The translations under genes and the position numbers were made by a program. From a virus (lineage: Duplodnaviria; Caudoviricetes), in the IMG/VR virus record IMGVR_UViG_3300044878_000091, positions 1-39,445 of that record: 39,445 nt of DNA. One strand, written 5' to 3'. Position 1 is the stretch's first letter. Every line of letters starts with the position of its first letter. Positions 23,673 through 33,600 of this stretch are shown here, piece by piece. The notes beneath the pieces are model-generated. The model saw only the letters and a program-made list of their open reading frames with translations, was not told where the DNA came from and did not search any database.

Positions 23673-24900
23673 CGCCGCCTCTCAGTATGACCGGGCGATG
23701 CGTGAGCTTGAGATCGTGGCCATGGGGGTCAGTCGCCGATTCTGGCGCGGCCTGAATCCGGCCGATCTTTCCGGCTCATGGGTCCAGTCCCTCGCTGGCC
23801 TGCAGCCCGCCATAGAAGAGGTCCAGTTCCAAGCAGCGGCACTCGGCGCAGGATATGGTGCTTCGACGCTTGCCACTCAGGGCGACTACTCCGCGCCGCG
23901 CTCCTTTGTGGACCCTTCCGGGTTCACGGGCTCGGCCCCGGATGGCCGGTCACTCTCAGGACTGCTCTACTCGCCGGTCACGCAGGTCAAGACGGCCATT
24001 GCCGGCGGTATGCAGCCGGGCATGGCGCTCAAGGCTGGCCGGGGCGTGCTTGACCGGAATGTGCAGACGCTCGTTGCTGACACCGGCCGCGCTGCTGCTT
24101 CGGTGGACATCGCGGCCCGGCCACGTGTTGGGTATGTCCGGATGCTCACGCTCCCCTCCTGCCCTCGCTGCGTGATCCTGGCGGGTAAGTTCTTCCGCTG
24201 GAACGAGGGCTTCCGACGTCACCCGCGCTGCGACTGCCGGCACATCCCCTCCACCGAGAATCGCGCCGGGGATATGACGACGGACCCCTACGAATACTTC
24301 CGTAGTTTGGATGCCGAGGCTCAGGAGAAGCAGTTCGGCAAGCCAGCTGCGCAGGCGATCCGCGACGGGAGCGACATCTTCCAGGTGGTCAACGCTAACC
24401 GCGGCACCAAGCCTGGTGGACTCATCACCACCGAGGGCGCCAGCCGACGCGGCAACTTCGGCCGCGGAAGGCAGCCCCGCCTCACGCCGGAAGGCATCTA
24501 CTCTCAGGGGCTTTCCCGTGACGAGACGTTGCGGCTGCTCGAGCGGAACGGATACATACTCCCGGGCGGGCAGAACCCCGCCGGAGTCCTCCGTGGGCAG
24601 TCGGAGGGTTACGGCGCGCTAGGCCGTGGCGGAACCCGCGTGGGCGTCCGCAACGCCGTCGAAGAGGCCCGCAGGACCGGAGAGCGTAACCCTGCCGTCC
24701 GGGCGACCATGACCGCCGGCGAGCGCCGCGTGTTCGACGCGCAACGCAACTGGGACGCCGTCGCTGCCGGCCGCAACCCGTTCGGCTCATCCAAGCTGAC
24801 TCCCGAGCTTGCGGCTGCTGCCGAAAACGACTTCCGCAACGTCATCGTCAACGGTGACGCCGCGGCGAAGATCACCGCCCGTAAATCTATGGGTGGCTAG
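23656..24900 (+). CDS. MuF-like minor head protein
   Basis: GYVRML...SCPRCVILAG...FRRHPRCDCRHIP; follows the portal. Confidence 0.8.
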   Translation: MTDFPSAASQYDRAMRELEIVAMGVSRRFWRGLNPADLSGSWVQSLAGLQPAIEEVQFQAAALGAGYGASTLATQGDYSAPRSFVDPSGFTGSAPDGRSLSGLLYSPVTQVKTAIAGGMQPGMALKAGRGVLDRNVQTLVADTGRAAASVDIAARPRVGYVRMLTLPSCPRCVILAGKFFRWNEGFRRHPRCDCRHIPSTENRAGDMTTDPYEYFRSLDAEAQEKQFGKPAAQAIRDGSDIFQVVNANRGTKPGGLITTEGASRRGNFGRGRQPRLTPEGIYSQGLSRDETLRLLERNGYILPGGQNPAGVLRGQSEGYGALGRGGTRVGVRNAVEEARRTGERNPAVRATMTAGERRVFDAQRNWDAVAAGRNPFGSSKLTPELAAAAENDFRNVIVNGDAAAKITARKSMGG

Positions 24901-24955
24901 CAACCAACCTTTCAGCGCGAGGCTGACGGGTGCAACCTCTGCGATGGAGGAACCA

Positions 24956-25597
24956 ATGAGTAAGAATCTGATCGGCCCGCACGGCATTGACCTGCGAGCC
25001 CCTGGCGGTATCGAGGCGCTGTTCGCCTTCAACCGGTCCCTGTTCGGCGATGCCGTAATGGAGGCCGGAGACGGCGGCGACGGAGCCCCGGCGGGCACGG
25101 ATCCGGCGGGCGCACCCGCCGCTGGTGCCGACCCTGCTGGCGCCGGCGACGGCGAAGAGCTGCTCGGAGACGCCGGCAAGAAGGCACTGCAAAGCGAGCG
25201 CGACGCTCGCAAGGCGGCCGAAAAGCTGGCATCTGACCGCGAAGCCAGGATCCGGGAACTCGAGGACGCCGGCAAGTCCGCCGACGACAAGGAACGCGAT
25301 CGCGTCGCCAACCTTGAAAAGTCCGACCGCGACAAGGAAACCGCCATTGCTGAGCGCGACGCGAAGCTCCTGCGGTACGAAATCGCGGCGGCCAAGGGAC
25401 TCGACCTGAAGGCGGCACTGCGGCTGCAGGGCTCGACCAAGGAAGAGCTTGAGGCGGACGCTGACGAGTTCTCCAAGTCATTCGGCTCAGGCCGCGTCGG
25501 TGAAGTCCCCGGCGCCGGAGCCCGCGGCACCACGGAAGTCAAGACATCCCCCGGCCTTGGCACCCTGACCCACGCTTACGAAACCGCAAGCAAGTAG
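24956..25597 (+). CDS. Capsid scaffolding protein
   Basis: LGDAGKKALQSERDARK coiled coil, RLQGSTKEELEADA; GGAGG RBS; precedes the capsid gene. Confidence 0.88.
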   Translation: MSKNLIGPHGIDLRAPGGIEALFAFNRSLFGDAVMEAGDGGDGAPAGTDPAGAPAAGADPAGAGDGEELLGDAGKKALQSERDARKAAEKLASDREARIRELEDAGKSADDKERDRVANLEKSDRDKETAIAERDAKLLRYEIAAAKGLDLKAALRLQGSTKEELEADADEFSKSFGSGRVGEVPGAGARGTTEVKTSPGLGTLTHAYETASK

Positions 25598-25651
25598 ACC
25601 CCCAAGGGCGACAGCCTGCGGGCCATTCCCAATAGAAAGAGGTAGGCCACC

Positions 25652-26611
25652 ATGGCTGTCACCCTTGCACAGGCGGCAACTCTGTCGCAGAACACCCTCC
25701 AGCGCGGCGTGCTGGAAACCTTTGTCCAGTCCTCCCCGGTGCTGGACCGGCTGCCCCTCATGAACATTGAGGGCAACGCGTACGCCTACAACGAGGAAGG
25801 CACCCTCCCGGGTGTCGCTTTCCGTTCGGTGAACGAGGCCTACGTCGAGTCGACCGGAACCGTGAACCAGAAGACCGAGTCTCTGGTCATCATGGGCGGC
25901 GACGCGGACGTGGACCGCTTCATCGTCCAGACCCGCGGGAACCTCAACGACCAGCGCGCCACCCAGACGGCGCTCAAGGTCAAGGCTGCGTCTTTCTTCT
26001 TCCAGGACAAGTTCTTCAACGGGGACGTAACCGTCGATACCAAGGGCTTTGATGGTCTTAAGAAGCGCCTCACCGGCGCCCAGGTCATCCCGACCGCCAC
26101 CAACGGCGCCCCGGTCCTCGGCAATGGCGGCTCGGACGCTCAGTCGTTCTTTGACGCCCTCGATGCGCTCGTGGCTCAGGTCCCCGGCATCGACGGCACG
26201 AACGGCGCGCTGTACGCCAACTCGGCCATCATCGGCAAGATCCGCTCGGCCGGCCGTCGCCTCGGCGGCGTGGACCTCGTAAAAGAGGATCTGACCGGCA
26301 AGCGCGTTGTCACCTGGAACGGCATTCCGGTGCTTGACCCGGGCAACAGCCTCGCCGGCGCGAGCATCCTCACCCAGACCGAGACGCAGGGCACCGCGGC
26401 CGGCACCACGTCCTCGATCTACGCCGTGAAGTTCGGCCAGGGTGAAGGCGACCAGGCTGTTACCGGCCTGACCAACGGCGGCGTCATGGTCGATGACCTC
26501 GGCTTGCTGCAGTCCCAGCCGGTGTACCGGACCCGCATTGAGTTCTACTGCGGCCTCGGCGTATTCGGCGGCAAGGCGGCGGCTCGCCTGACCGGCGTTC
26601 TGAACGCATAA
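25652..26611 (+). CDS. Major capsid protein
   Basis: MAVTLAQAA...GVAFRSVNEAY...GGDADVD...YRTRIEFYCGL...AARLTGV; follows the scaffold. Confidence 0.92.
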   Translation: MAVTLAQAATLSQNTLQRGVLETFVQSSPVLDRLPLMNIEGNAYAYNEEGTLPGVAFRSVNEAYVESTGTVNQKTESLVIMGGDADVDRFIVQTRGNLNDQRATQTALKVKAASFFFQDKFFNGDVTVDTKGFDGLKKRLTGAQVIPTATNGAPVLGNGGSDAQSFFDALDALVAQVPGIDGTNGALYANSAIIGKIRSAGRRLGGVDLVKEDLTGKRVVTWNGIPVLDPGNSLAGASILTQTETQGTAAGTTSSIYAVKFGQGEGDQAVTGLTNGGVMVDDLGLLQSQPVYRTRIEFYCGLGVFGGKAAARLTGVLNA

Positions 26612-26629
26612 CCAGGAAGGAACAGCACT

Positions 26630-26950
26630 ATGGCAGTCAGCAAGAAGACCGAAGAGACGACCACGCTCGACTCTGACACCACGAAGCCGTCCGTCACCGC
26701 CCCCGGCGACGGCCCGGCGGACACCACGGACCCGAACGAGCGGGCCAGCACGGTCACGCCCAACCCGGGCCCCGAGGCGCTGAAGGTTGGAACGGTCAAC
26801 GCCGTGAAGCCTCTCCCGCCCGTTGTGGAAGCCCCGGCCGTCCCGGAAGGGGAAGCGCGCACCGAAGAGTACGACGTCGTCGGCCCTGACGGTAAGCCGG
26901 TCCGGGTGCGCCGGAACATCGAAACCGGCAAGTCCGAGATCGTCAAGTAG
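26630..26950 (+). CDS. Small Pro/Thr-rich head-associated protein
   Basis: AAGGA RBS; between capsid and adaptor genes. Confidence 0.7.
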   Translation: MAVSKKTEETTTLDSDTTKPSVTAPGDGPADTTDPNERASTVTPNPGPEALKVGTVNAVKPLPPVVEAPAVPEGEARTEEYDVVGPDGKPVRVRRNIETGKSEIVK

Positions 26951-26963
26951 GTAGGAGGGCGCC

Positions 26964-27368
26964 ATGCAGATCGTTGTAGAGCAGGCTGACATTGAGAAGG
27001 TGTGGCGCCCCCTCACTGCCGAGGAGGCGGCCCTCATCCCCGGGTTGTCGAACCGGGCTTGGCTCCGCGTTCAGGCGCGGTTCCCGGCCATCGAGGCGGA
27101 CACCGATCCGTTCCCGCCGGCCATTGCGCCGCTGATCTCACCGGCTCTCGTTGTGGACGTCATGGCGTCGATGATTGTCCGGGTTTTGAAGAACCCGGAG
27201 AGCCTTCGCGTCCGGTCGGAGTCCATTGATGACCACACGGACGCGGCAACACTGGATGCCACCATTTCATCCGGTGAGATGTACTTGAGCGAGTCGGAAG
27301 CTGCCATGCTCACCCCGCCGCCCACTGTGCCGTTCTATGGCATGTATGTGATGGGGCTCGGCGGGTGA
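26964..27368 (+). CDS. Head-to-tail adaptor
   Basis: WRPLTAEE...MIVRVLKNPE...ESIDD...GEMYLSESE. Confidence 0.85.
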   Translation: MQIVVEQADIEKVWRPLTAEEAALIPGLSNRAWLRVQARFPAIEADTDPFPPAIAPLISPALVVDVMASMIVRVLKNPESLRVRSESIDDHTDAATLDATISSGEMYLSESEAAMLTPPPTVPFYGMYVMGLGG

Positions 27369-27760
27369 GCGCGCAGGCCGCGGCCCTGCGGGGCCGCCGC
27401 GCCGCCGAGTCCCTGATGCTGGACGCCTGCACGGTTGGGCGTCCCACGGGCGTGCTGGTCACGGATCCGGAGACTGGCGTTGATACCCCGGAGCTGCTGG
27501 AGGTTTACAGCGGCGCATGCAAGGTACAGTCTGCGATTGCGCAGGCGGCGAGCCCAGAGGCGGGCGGGCATGCTTTCACGGTTGAGCAATTGGCTTTGCA
27601 TGTGCCGGTGTCGTCTGCGCTCAAGACCGGAGACGTAGTCACGATCACCGCAGCCGCGATGGATCCTGACCTGGTCGGCCTGAAGTTCCGGCTGGTGGAG
27701 TTGGCCCGCGGTTCTCTGCGGACGGCTGACCGTTGGAACGTGGAACTGGGGACCGCATGA
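27365..27760 (+). CDS. Head-to-tail stopper (DUF6093-like)
   Basis: GRRAAESLMLDACTV...VYSGACKVQ...GDVVTITAAAMDPDLVG. Confidence 0.82.
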   Translation: MSAQAAALRGRRAAESLMLDACTVGRPTGVLVTDPETGVDTPELLEVYSGACKVQSAIAQAASPEAGGHAFTVEQLALHVPVSSALKTGDVVTITAAAMDPDLVGLKFRLVELARGSLRTADRWNVELGTA

Positions 27761-28146
27761 GCTTCGGGATCGATGACAGCCAGCTCCGCGGCGTAACCCA
27801 GAACCTGGGGCGGATCTCCGGCCGCGCCCTCAAGGATGTCGAACCGGTTGTGAAGCGCGGCGCCCAGAACATCAAGAATGATCTGGTCTCTGATGCTCAG
27901 GCATCGAAGCACTTCCACGTCTTGGCCGGCGCCATCTCCTACGACTCCGATTACCGTCTAGGGCAGGTTGGCTACGAGATCGGTCCTGACAAGGGCCGCC
28001 GTGGTGGAGCCTTGGGCAACATCGCCTACTTCGGAACTTCTCGGGGTGGGGGCACCTTGGACCTGGATACGCCCCTGAGCAACGAGGCCCCGCGGCTCGA
28101 GAAGGCCCTCGGCGACCTACTGGGGCAGATCGGAGACAGCTTGTGA
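27757..28146 (+). CDS. Neck/tail completion protein (HK97 gp10-like)
   Basis: VVKRGAQNIK...EIGPDKG...LGNIAYFGTS; position in the neck module. Confidence 0.75.
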   Translation: MSFGIDDSQLRGVTQNLGRISGRALKDVEPVVKRGAQNIKNDLVSDAQASKHFHVLAGAISYDSDYRLGQVGYEIGPDKGRRGGALGNIAYFGTSRGGGTLDLDTPLSNEAPRLEKALGDLLGQIGDSL

Positions 28147-28544
28147 CCGCCGATGCACTCTCCAAGGCCCTGACCGCTCTGGTCACCGGCGTTACGGTTC
28201 ACCCTGGCACTGTCCCAGCCAGCCCGACCTATCCCTACGTTCTGGTCACCAGCTCACTCCCGCGAGTTTCTGACCGTTCGCAGGCCCGCAGTGTTCACGC
28301 ACTGCAGGTCAAGATTCGGACCACCGTTGTCGGCACGTCTGACTCGTCGGTGCTGGTGATCGGGCAGAAGGTTTCCGACGCCCTCGAGCACGCCGAGGTC
28401 GAGGTCCCTGGCTATGTGCTGGGACGGGTCGAGTCGGTCCCCAACGAGCAGCCGATCCTTGAAGACCTGGACGTTGTCGTGAACAGCCGGCACCCGCAGT
28501 ATGCAGTGCTCGACTGGACCGTGACAGTGTCCCGGACCGCATAG
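28143..28544 (+). CDS. Tail terminator protein
   Basis: VPASPTYPYVLV motif; precedes the major tail gene. Confidence 0.75.
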   Translation: MTADALSKALTALVTGVTVHPGTVPASPTYPYVLVTSSLPRVSDRSQARSVHALQVKIRTTVVGTSDSSVLVIGQKVSDALEHAEVEVPGYVLGRVESVPNEQPILEDLDVVVNSRHPQYAVLDWTVTVSRTA

Positions 28545-28564
28545 CCCCTTTCCACCCCATTGAC

Positions 28565-28587
28565 AGCGCCTTCCGGGGCGCTTTTTT
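28565..28587 (+). terminator. Intra-operon terminator
   Basis: AGCGCCT-TCCG-GGGCGCT followed by a T-run. Confidence 0.7.
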
Positions 28588-28607
28588 CATGCCCGAAAAG
28601 AGGACCC

Positions 28608-28799
28608 ATGTTCATTCGCGTAAAGGATTCCCGCACGCGCCACGAATTCGATGTGCCCGAGGACGACTGGCGCATCGGCACGGGAGATTTCGTGCCCGTG
28701 AAAAGCGACAGGTACCCGCCTGTCGAAATTCCCCGCAGTCCGAAGTATTTCGTAGAGCCCGTCAGGGTCGAAAAGAAAGAGGTAAGCCACCGTGGCTGA
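28608..28799 (+). CDS. Small conserved protein before the major tail gene
   Basis: GAGGA RBS; FIRVKDSRTRHEFDV. Confidence 0.7.
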   Translation: MFIRVKDSRTRHEFDVPEDDWRIGTGDFVPVKSDRYPPVEIPRSPKYFVEPVRVEKKEVSHRG

Positions 28800-29295
28800 A
28801 ATTCCTAGCACGCCCGCTGACGGGTACGTTGCCGTTCGCGTCCTCCCCGCCGTCGCCAACCTTGCCACCCCCACTCTTGCTGAGTGGACCGCAGGGATCG
28901 ACATTAGCTGCTACCTGACCAGCGACGGCTACAGCCCGTCTGTTGACCAGCAGGTCGCAACGGATGAGCGCCTGTGCTCCACTCAGGTCTTCGAGCAGCC
29001 GGGCCGGGTGACTAACAGCCTGGACCTGATCTACATCGACAACACCAACTCGCCGAACCAGACAACGGACAACAAGGCCAAGGACACTCTGGTGCCTGGC
29101 ACGGCGCAGGTTATCGCCGTGCGCCGCGGCCTGCCTTACGCGACTGCTGCCGCAGCGGCGCAGAAGGTGACACTTTTCCCGATCAAGCCGGGCGTCTACA
29201 ACGAGCTTCCGGGCGAGGCTAACTCTGTCCTGAAGATCGGTCAGAAGCAGTTCGTCACCGGCCCGGTTTCGCGTTCGGTTGCTCTGACCGCGTAA
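28792..29295 (+). CDS. Major tail protein
   Basis: PSTPADG...DISCYLTSDG...DERLCSTQVFEQPGR...RRGL. Confidence 0.9.
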   Translation: MAEIPSTPADGYVAVRVLPAVANLATPTLAEWTAGIDISCYLTSDGYSPSVDQQVATDERLCSTQVFEQPGRVTNSLDLIYIDNTNSPNQTTDNKAKDTLVPGTAQVIAVRRGLPYATAAAAAQKVTLFPIKPGVYNELPGEANSVLKIGQKQFVTGPVSRSVALTA

Positions 29296-29393
29296 CCCCT
29301 CTACTCCTTGTGCGTCGTTGCCGGTGGGGCGGCGGCGCACAAGGGCTCCACCCCCACCGAACCCCGCCGAACAGACTTTTAGGAGTACCCAAC

Positions 29394-29660
29394 ATGGGTT
29401 CCAGAACCATTTCCGTCCAGGAAATTTCATGGGAAACGCCTCGTTACGAACAGGCAAAGCAGTGGCTTGCAGAAAACGACATCGACCCAGCCCGCATACC
29501 GCTTGAGTCGGAGCTTGTCATTGCCGACGAGACGATCACGTACGAACGGATTGTTGTTGACGCCAACGGCGCGGCCGTCCGTGATGGCATGCGTGAGCGC
29601 GTGTTGCGTGAGTCGGTAACTATTCCCAAGCATTCTTCCCCTGAAACCCACGGACTCTAG
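29394..29660 (+). CDS. Hypothetical protein inserted between major tail and chaperone genes
   Basis: AGGAG RBS; WLAENDIDPARIP motif. Confidence 0.7.
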   Translation: MGSRTISVQEISWETPRYEQAKQWLAENDIDPARIPLESELVIADETITYERIVVDANGAAVRDGMRERVLRESVTIPKHSSPETHGL

Positions 29661-29669
29661 GAGTACCCC

Positions 29670-30239
29670 TTGTCTCTTGTTGTAAAGCGCCCCGAGAAGC
29701 GCGTTGAAGTTTGCCTTGATGGTTCCCTTCAGGCTGAGTGGGAGGCTGCTGAGGCGGCCCTTGCTGAGGCTCGTCAGCGGAAGCTGATGGATACCCGACT
29801 TGGAGACAGCGTCCATGCGCTGGCCGAAGCTGTCCGCGCGATTGAGGACAAGGCCCGCGCTGAGTCCGTGACCTTCCTCCTGCGTGGCGTGCCCCGCCAT
29901 GTGTGGGATGCGTTCGTTGCCGATCACCCGGAGCGGGATGACCACGAGCTGGACAAGGCTTACGGCTACAACACCGAAACCATTTTTGATGCGGTCCTCG
30001 CGCACAATGTTCCGAAGTCGATCACGGCTGAGGTTCCGCCGACGATTGTGTCCGTCACAAAGCAGGACGGCACGCTGGTGAAGTTCACCCCGGCTGAGTG
30101 GCAGGCGTTCGCTGACGAACTGACCAACGCCCAGTACGGATCCTTCCAGGTGGCCGTGAACGAGATCAACCGGGGGCGAACCAATGTCCCTTTCTCGCCA
30201 GCCGCCTACAGGGAGACTCGCACCTCCGGCAAGAGCTAG
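29670..30239 (+). CDS. Tail assembly chaperone (G)
   Basis: AGGAG RBS before TTG; between major tail and tape measure genes; NVPF near the end. Confidence 0.85.
   Translation: MSLVVKRPEKRVEVCLDGSLQAEWEAAEAALAEARQRKLMDTRLGDSVHALAEAVRAIEDKARAESVTFLLRGVPRHVWDAFVADHPERDDHELDKAYGYNTETIFDAVLAHNVPKSITAEVPPTIVSVTKQDGTLVKFTPAEWQAFADELTNAQYGSFQVAVNEINRGRTNVPFSPAAYRETRTSGKS
30188..30194 (+). other. Programmed -1 frameshift heptamer C CCT TTC
   Basis: X XXY YYZ in the chaperone reading frame; the -1 frame stays open (LASRLQGDSHLRQELATARTLGISLKRF...) to 30583. Confidence 0.85.
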
Positions 30240-30583
30240 CGACGGCCCGCACCCTCGGAATCAGCTTGAAGCGGTTCCGCGGGTGGGAGCCTGTCACCAC
30301 CTACGCGCGTGAGGGCGGGCGTGTGGTGTCGTCGCAGCCGGCACCTGAGTGGGATGAGCGCGAACAGGATCTAATGCTGGCCTTGGCTGAGTATGAGGGC
30401 GGCTTGTGCCCGAAGTGTGGGCGCCCTTTGTCGGTGTGCACTGATCCGGCGAACGAGTTCAAATTCCGGACATCTGATCCGGTGCGCTGCCATGCGATGA
30501 CCTCGCAGTCCGTGGCTACAAACAAGGCGAAGGACGCCCGGATGCCCGAGGCGCTGATGTTCCACACCGATCTTAAAGATTAG
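30194..30583 (+). CDS. Tail assembly chaperone frameshift extension (GT)
   Basis: EWDEREQDLMLAL...CPKCGRP...CHA; no RBS of its own. Confidence 0.8.
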   Translation, partial: LASRLQGDSHLRQELATARTLGISLKRFRGWEPVTTYAREGGRVVSSQPAPEWDEREQDLMLALAEYEGGLCPKCGRPLSVCTDPANEFKFRTSDPVRCHAMTSQSVATNKAKDARMPEALMFHTDLKD

Positions 30584-30621
30584 CCGGCAGCCTTGCCCGC
30601 TCAACACTATTGGAGGCCCGC

Positions 30622-33600
30622 ATGGCTGATCGTTCCGTAACTCTTAGGCTTTCGGCGGATGTCAAGGGCCTGGTCGCTGGCCTAAAGACCGGCAAGAGGG
30701 CTCTTGAGGATCTTAGCCAGGGCGCGAAGGCCTTTGGCCCCACGGCTTCGGCGGGTGCTCTGAAAGCGCAGGCCGCCTTCCTGAAGACCGGGCAGGCGGC
30801 ACATGCGGCGGCGGCGAAGGCCGGTCTATTGTATGACGCTTCGGGGAAGCTGACGGATCAGTTCGGGCGCGTAGTTTCTGAGGCCGACGCAACGAAGAAG
30901 GGTCTGAAGGCGGTAAGTGACGAGGCGCGTTTCGCGGCGGAACACGCGGACAGGGCTGCCGAGGCGTGGCAGGGGTTCGGTAAGGGCATGATGGTCGCCG
31001 GGGCCGGCATCATCGCCGGGGTCGGGCTGGCGGTGAAGTCCTACGCGGATTTCGACAAGCAGATGTCTTCGGTTGATGCGGCAACGCATGAGACTGCCGG
31101 CAACATGGATCTGCTGCGGCAAGCCGCGATTGACGCTGGCGCCGATACGGCGTTTTCCGCCACAGAAGCTGCGCAGGGCATCGAGGAGATGGCTAAGGCT
31201 GGCGTGTCCACTAAGGACATTATGGGCGGCGGCCTGACTGGCGCACTGTCTCTGGCCGCTGCTGGTTCACTTGGCGTTGGTGACGCTGCTGAGATTGCGG
31301 CTTCGGCGATGACGCAGTTCAAGCTGTCCGGCGAACAGCTCCCGCACGTTGCGGACCTTCTTGCAGCCGGTGCCGGCAAGGCGCAGGGATCGGTCCAGGA
31401 TATGGGCGCGGCGCTGAATCAGACTGGCCTTGTGGCTGCGTCTACCGGGCTGAGCATTGAGGAAACCACGGGCGGGCTGGCGGCGTTCGCGTCTGCTGGT
31501 CTGACCGGTTCCGATGCTGGCACGTCATTCAAGTCCATGCTTCAGCGGCTCACCCCGCAGTCGCTCGAGGCGAAAAACAAGATGGCCGAACTGGGCATCA
31601 GTGCCTATGACGCTCAGGGCCAGTTCATCGGACTCTCCAAGTTCTCCGAGAACTTGAAGACCTCAATGAAGGACCTGACCCCCGAGGCCCGCAACGCGGC
31701 TATGGGCGTCATCTTCGGTTCCGACGCCGTCCGGGCCGCTAACGTTCTATACGAGAACGGCGCCGAAGGTATCCAGAAGTGGACGAACAACGTCAACGAC
31801 GCGGGCTACGCGGCTGACACTGCGGCCAAGATGCAGGACAACCTGCGCGGCGACCTCGAAAAGCTCGGCGGCTCGTTTGATACGGTCCTGATCCAGTCCG
31901 GGTCCGGCGCCAACGATGTGCTGCGCGGACTCGTGCAGGGCCTTGAGGGTGTCGTTGACGGCGTCGGCAAGGTGCCCGGCCCTCTCCTCGCTGCGGGCAC
32001 CGGGCTGGCCGCTGTTGCTGGCGGCGCCTTGCTGCTCGGCGGTGGGCTGATCACTGTCATTCCGAAGATCGCAGCGACCCGCGAGGCACTGGGCCTCCTG
32101 CCCATATCGGCCACGAAGGCTAACGCCGCACTGTCCACGACCGGCAGGGTCGCAGCCGGCGCCGCGACTGGGCTTGCTGCGGTAGCTGCCGCTTCGGCGA
32201 TTGCCCAGCCTGCGCTTGACAACATTCTGAAGCCGACCGGGGAAACTGGGGACGCTTTGGAGGCGTTTGGCGGTCAGGCCGCACGTGGCGCTGTTGGCGC
32301 CGACACTCTATCCAAGTCCTTCCAGGATCTGGTGCAGCACAAGGATGGCGTCAACGATTTTCAGGCGGCCATTGACGGCATCGCGGATCCGGGCCTCTGG
32401 GGAAACATCGACAACATCCTCGTCGGCGGCATCAAGATCCTCTCCCTCGGCATGGCTGATGTGACTTCCACGTCCGATAAGGCGCGGGAGCGGATGGGTG
32501 CGTTCGGCGAGGAGCTTGCCTCGCTGGATGCGGACAAGGCCGCCACCTCTTTCCAGTCGATGGCGAAGCAGACGGACGGCTCGGAGAAGTCACTAAAGAA
32601 CCTACTGGACTTCATGCCTGCCTACCGGAAGTCCCTGGAGGAGCAGGCTAAGGCCTCCGGGCTGGCGACAGATGACCAGACACTTCTGAACATCGCGCTC
32701 GGCAAGATCCCGGGCTCGATGCAGGGCGCGGCGACGGCGACTGAGAACTACACCACCAAAGCCGGCAACGCAGCGCCCCTCACGGAGGAAATGGCAAAGC
32801 AGCTCGAGGAGGTCGGACTCAACGCCCAAGGCGCAGTGACTGACATTGACGCTTTCGCCAAGTCGCTGTTCAACGCCGGGCTGCTGTCGCTCTCGTCTTC
32901 TGACGCGGCTATCGGCTATCAGGATGCCATCGACAAGATGACGGAATCGGTAAAGACGAACGGCGCGACGCTTGACCTGAACACGGAAGCCGGGCGGGCC
33001 AACCAGTCCGCCTTCAATGGCATCGCCAAGGCGGCCATGACCTCCGCGGAAGCATCTGCGACGGAAACCCTCGCAACCGAGGGTTCTGCGGCGGCGCAGT
33101 CTCAGCTACAGGGCGCACTGCGTACCAGCTATGACGACCTAGTCACGGCGGCGGGGCAGCTCGGCAAGACGGGCGACGAAGCGGACACCATGGCGCGCAA
33201 GGCCCTCGGTATCCCGAAGAACGTCAACATCGATGCTTGGATAGCGGACCACGCTTCCAGCACGCTTGACGGGATCAAGGGCAAGGCTGACGGACTGGAT
33301 GGCAAGTCGGTTGATATTTACGTCAACACCCACGAGACGACGTATCAGAAGACCCTCAAGGACCCCACCGGAATGGGATCAAGCATAGGCGGTCGGCAGA
33401 ACGGGTCGCTGGCTGGCGGGTTCGCTGCTGGTGGCCCGATCTTCGGCCCCGGCACCGGAACCTCGGACGAGATCCCCGCGTGGCTCTCCAACGGCGAGCA
33501 TGTGTGGACGGCTGAGGAGGTTCGCGCCGCCGGCGGTCATGGTGCCGTTGAGTCGCTGCGTTCCATGGCGAAGCGGGGCCTTCCTGCGTTCGCTACTGGC

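Noticed and set aside
25487-27037. 516-aa minus-strand ORF, and similar long antisense ORFs such as 785-1984 and 12867-13724
   Set aside because: Antisense shadows of high-GC3 genes, with no motifs or RBS
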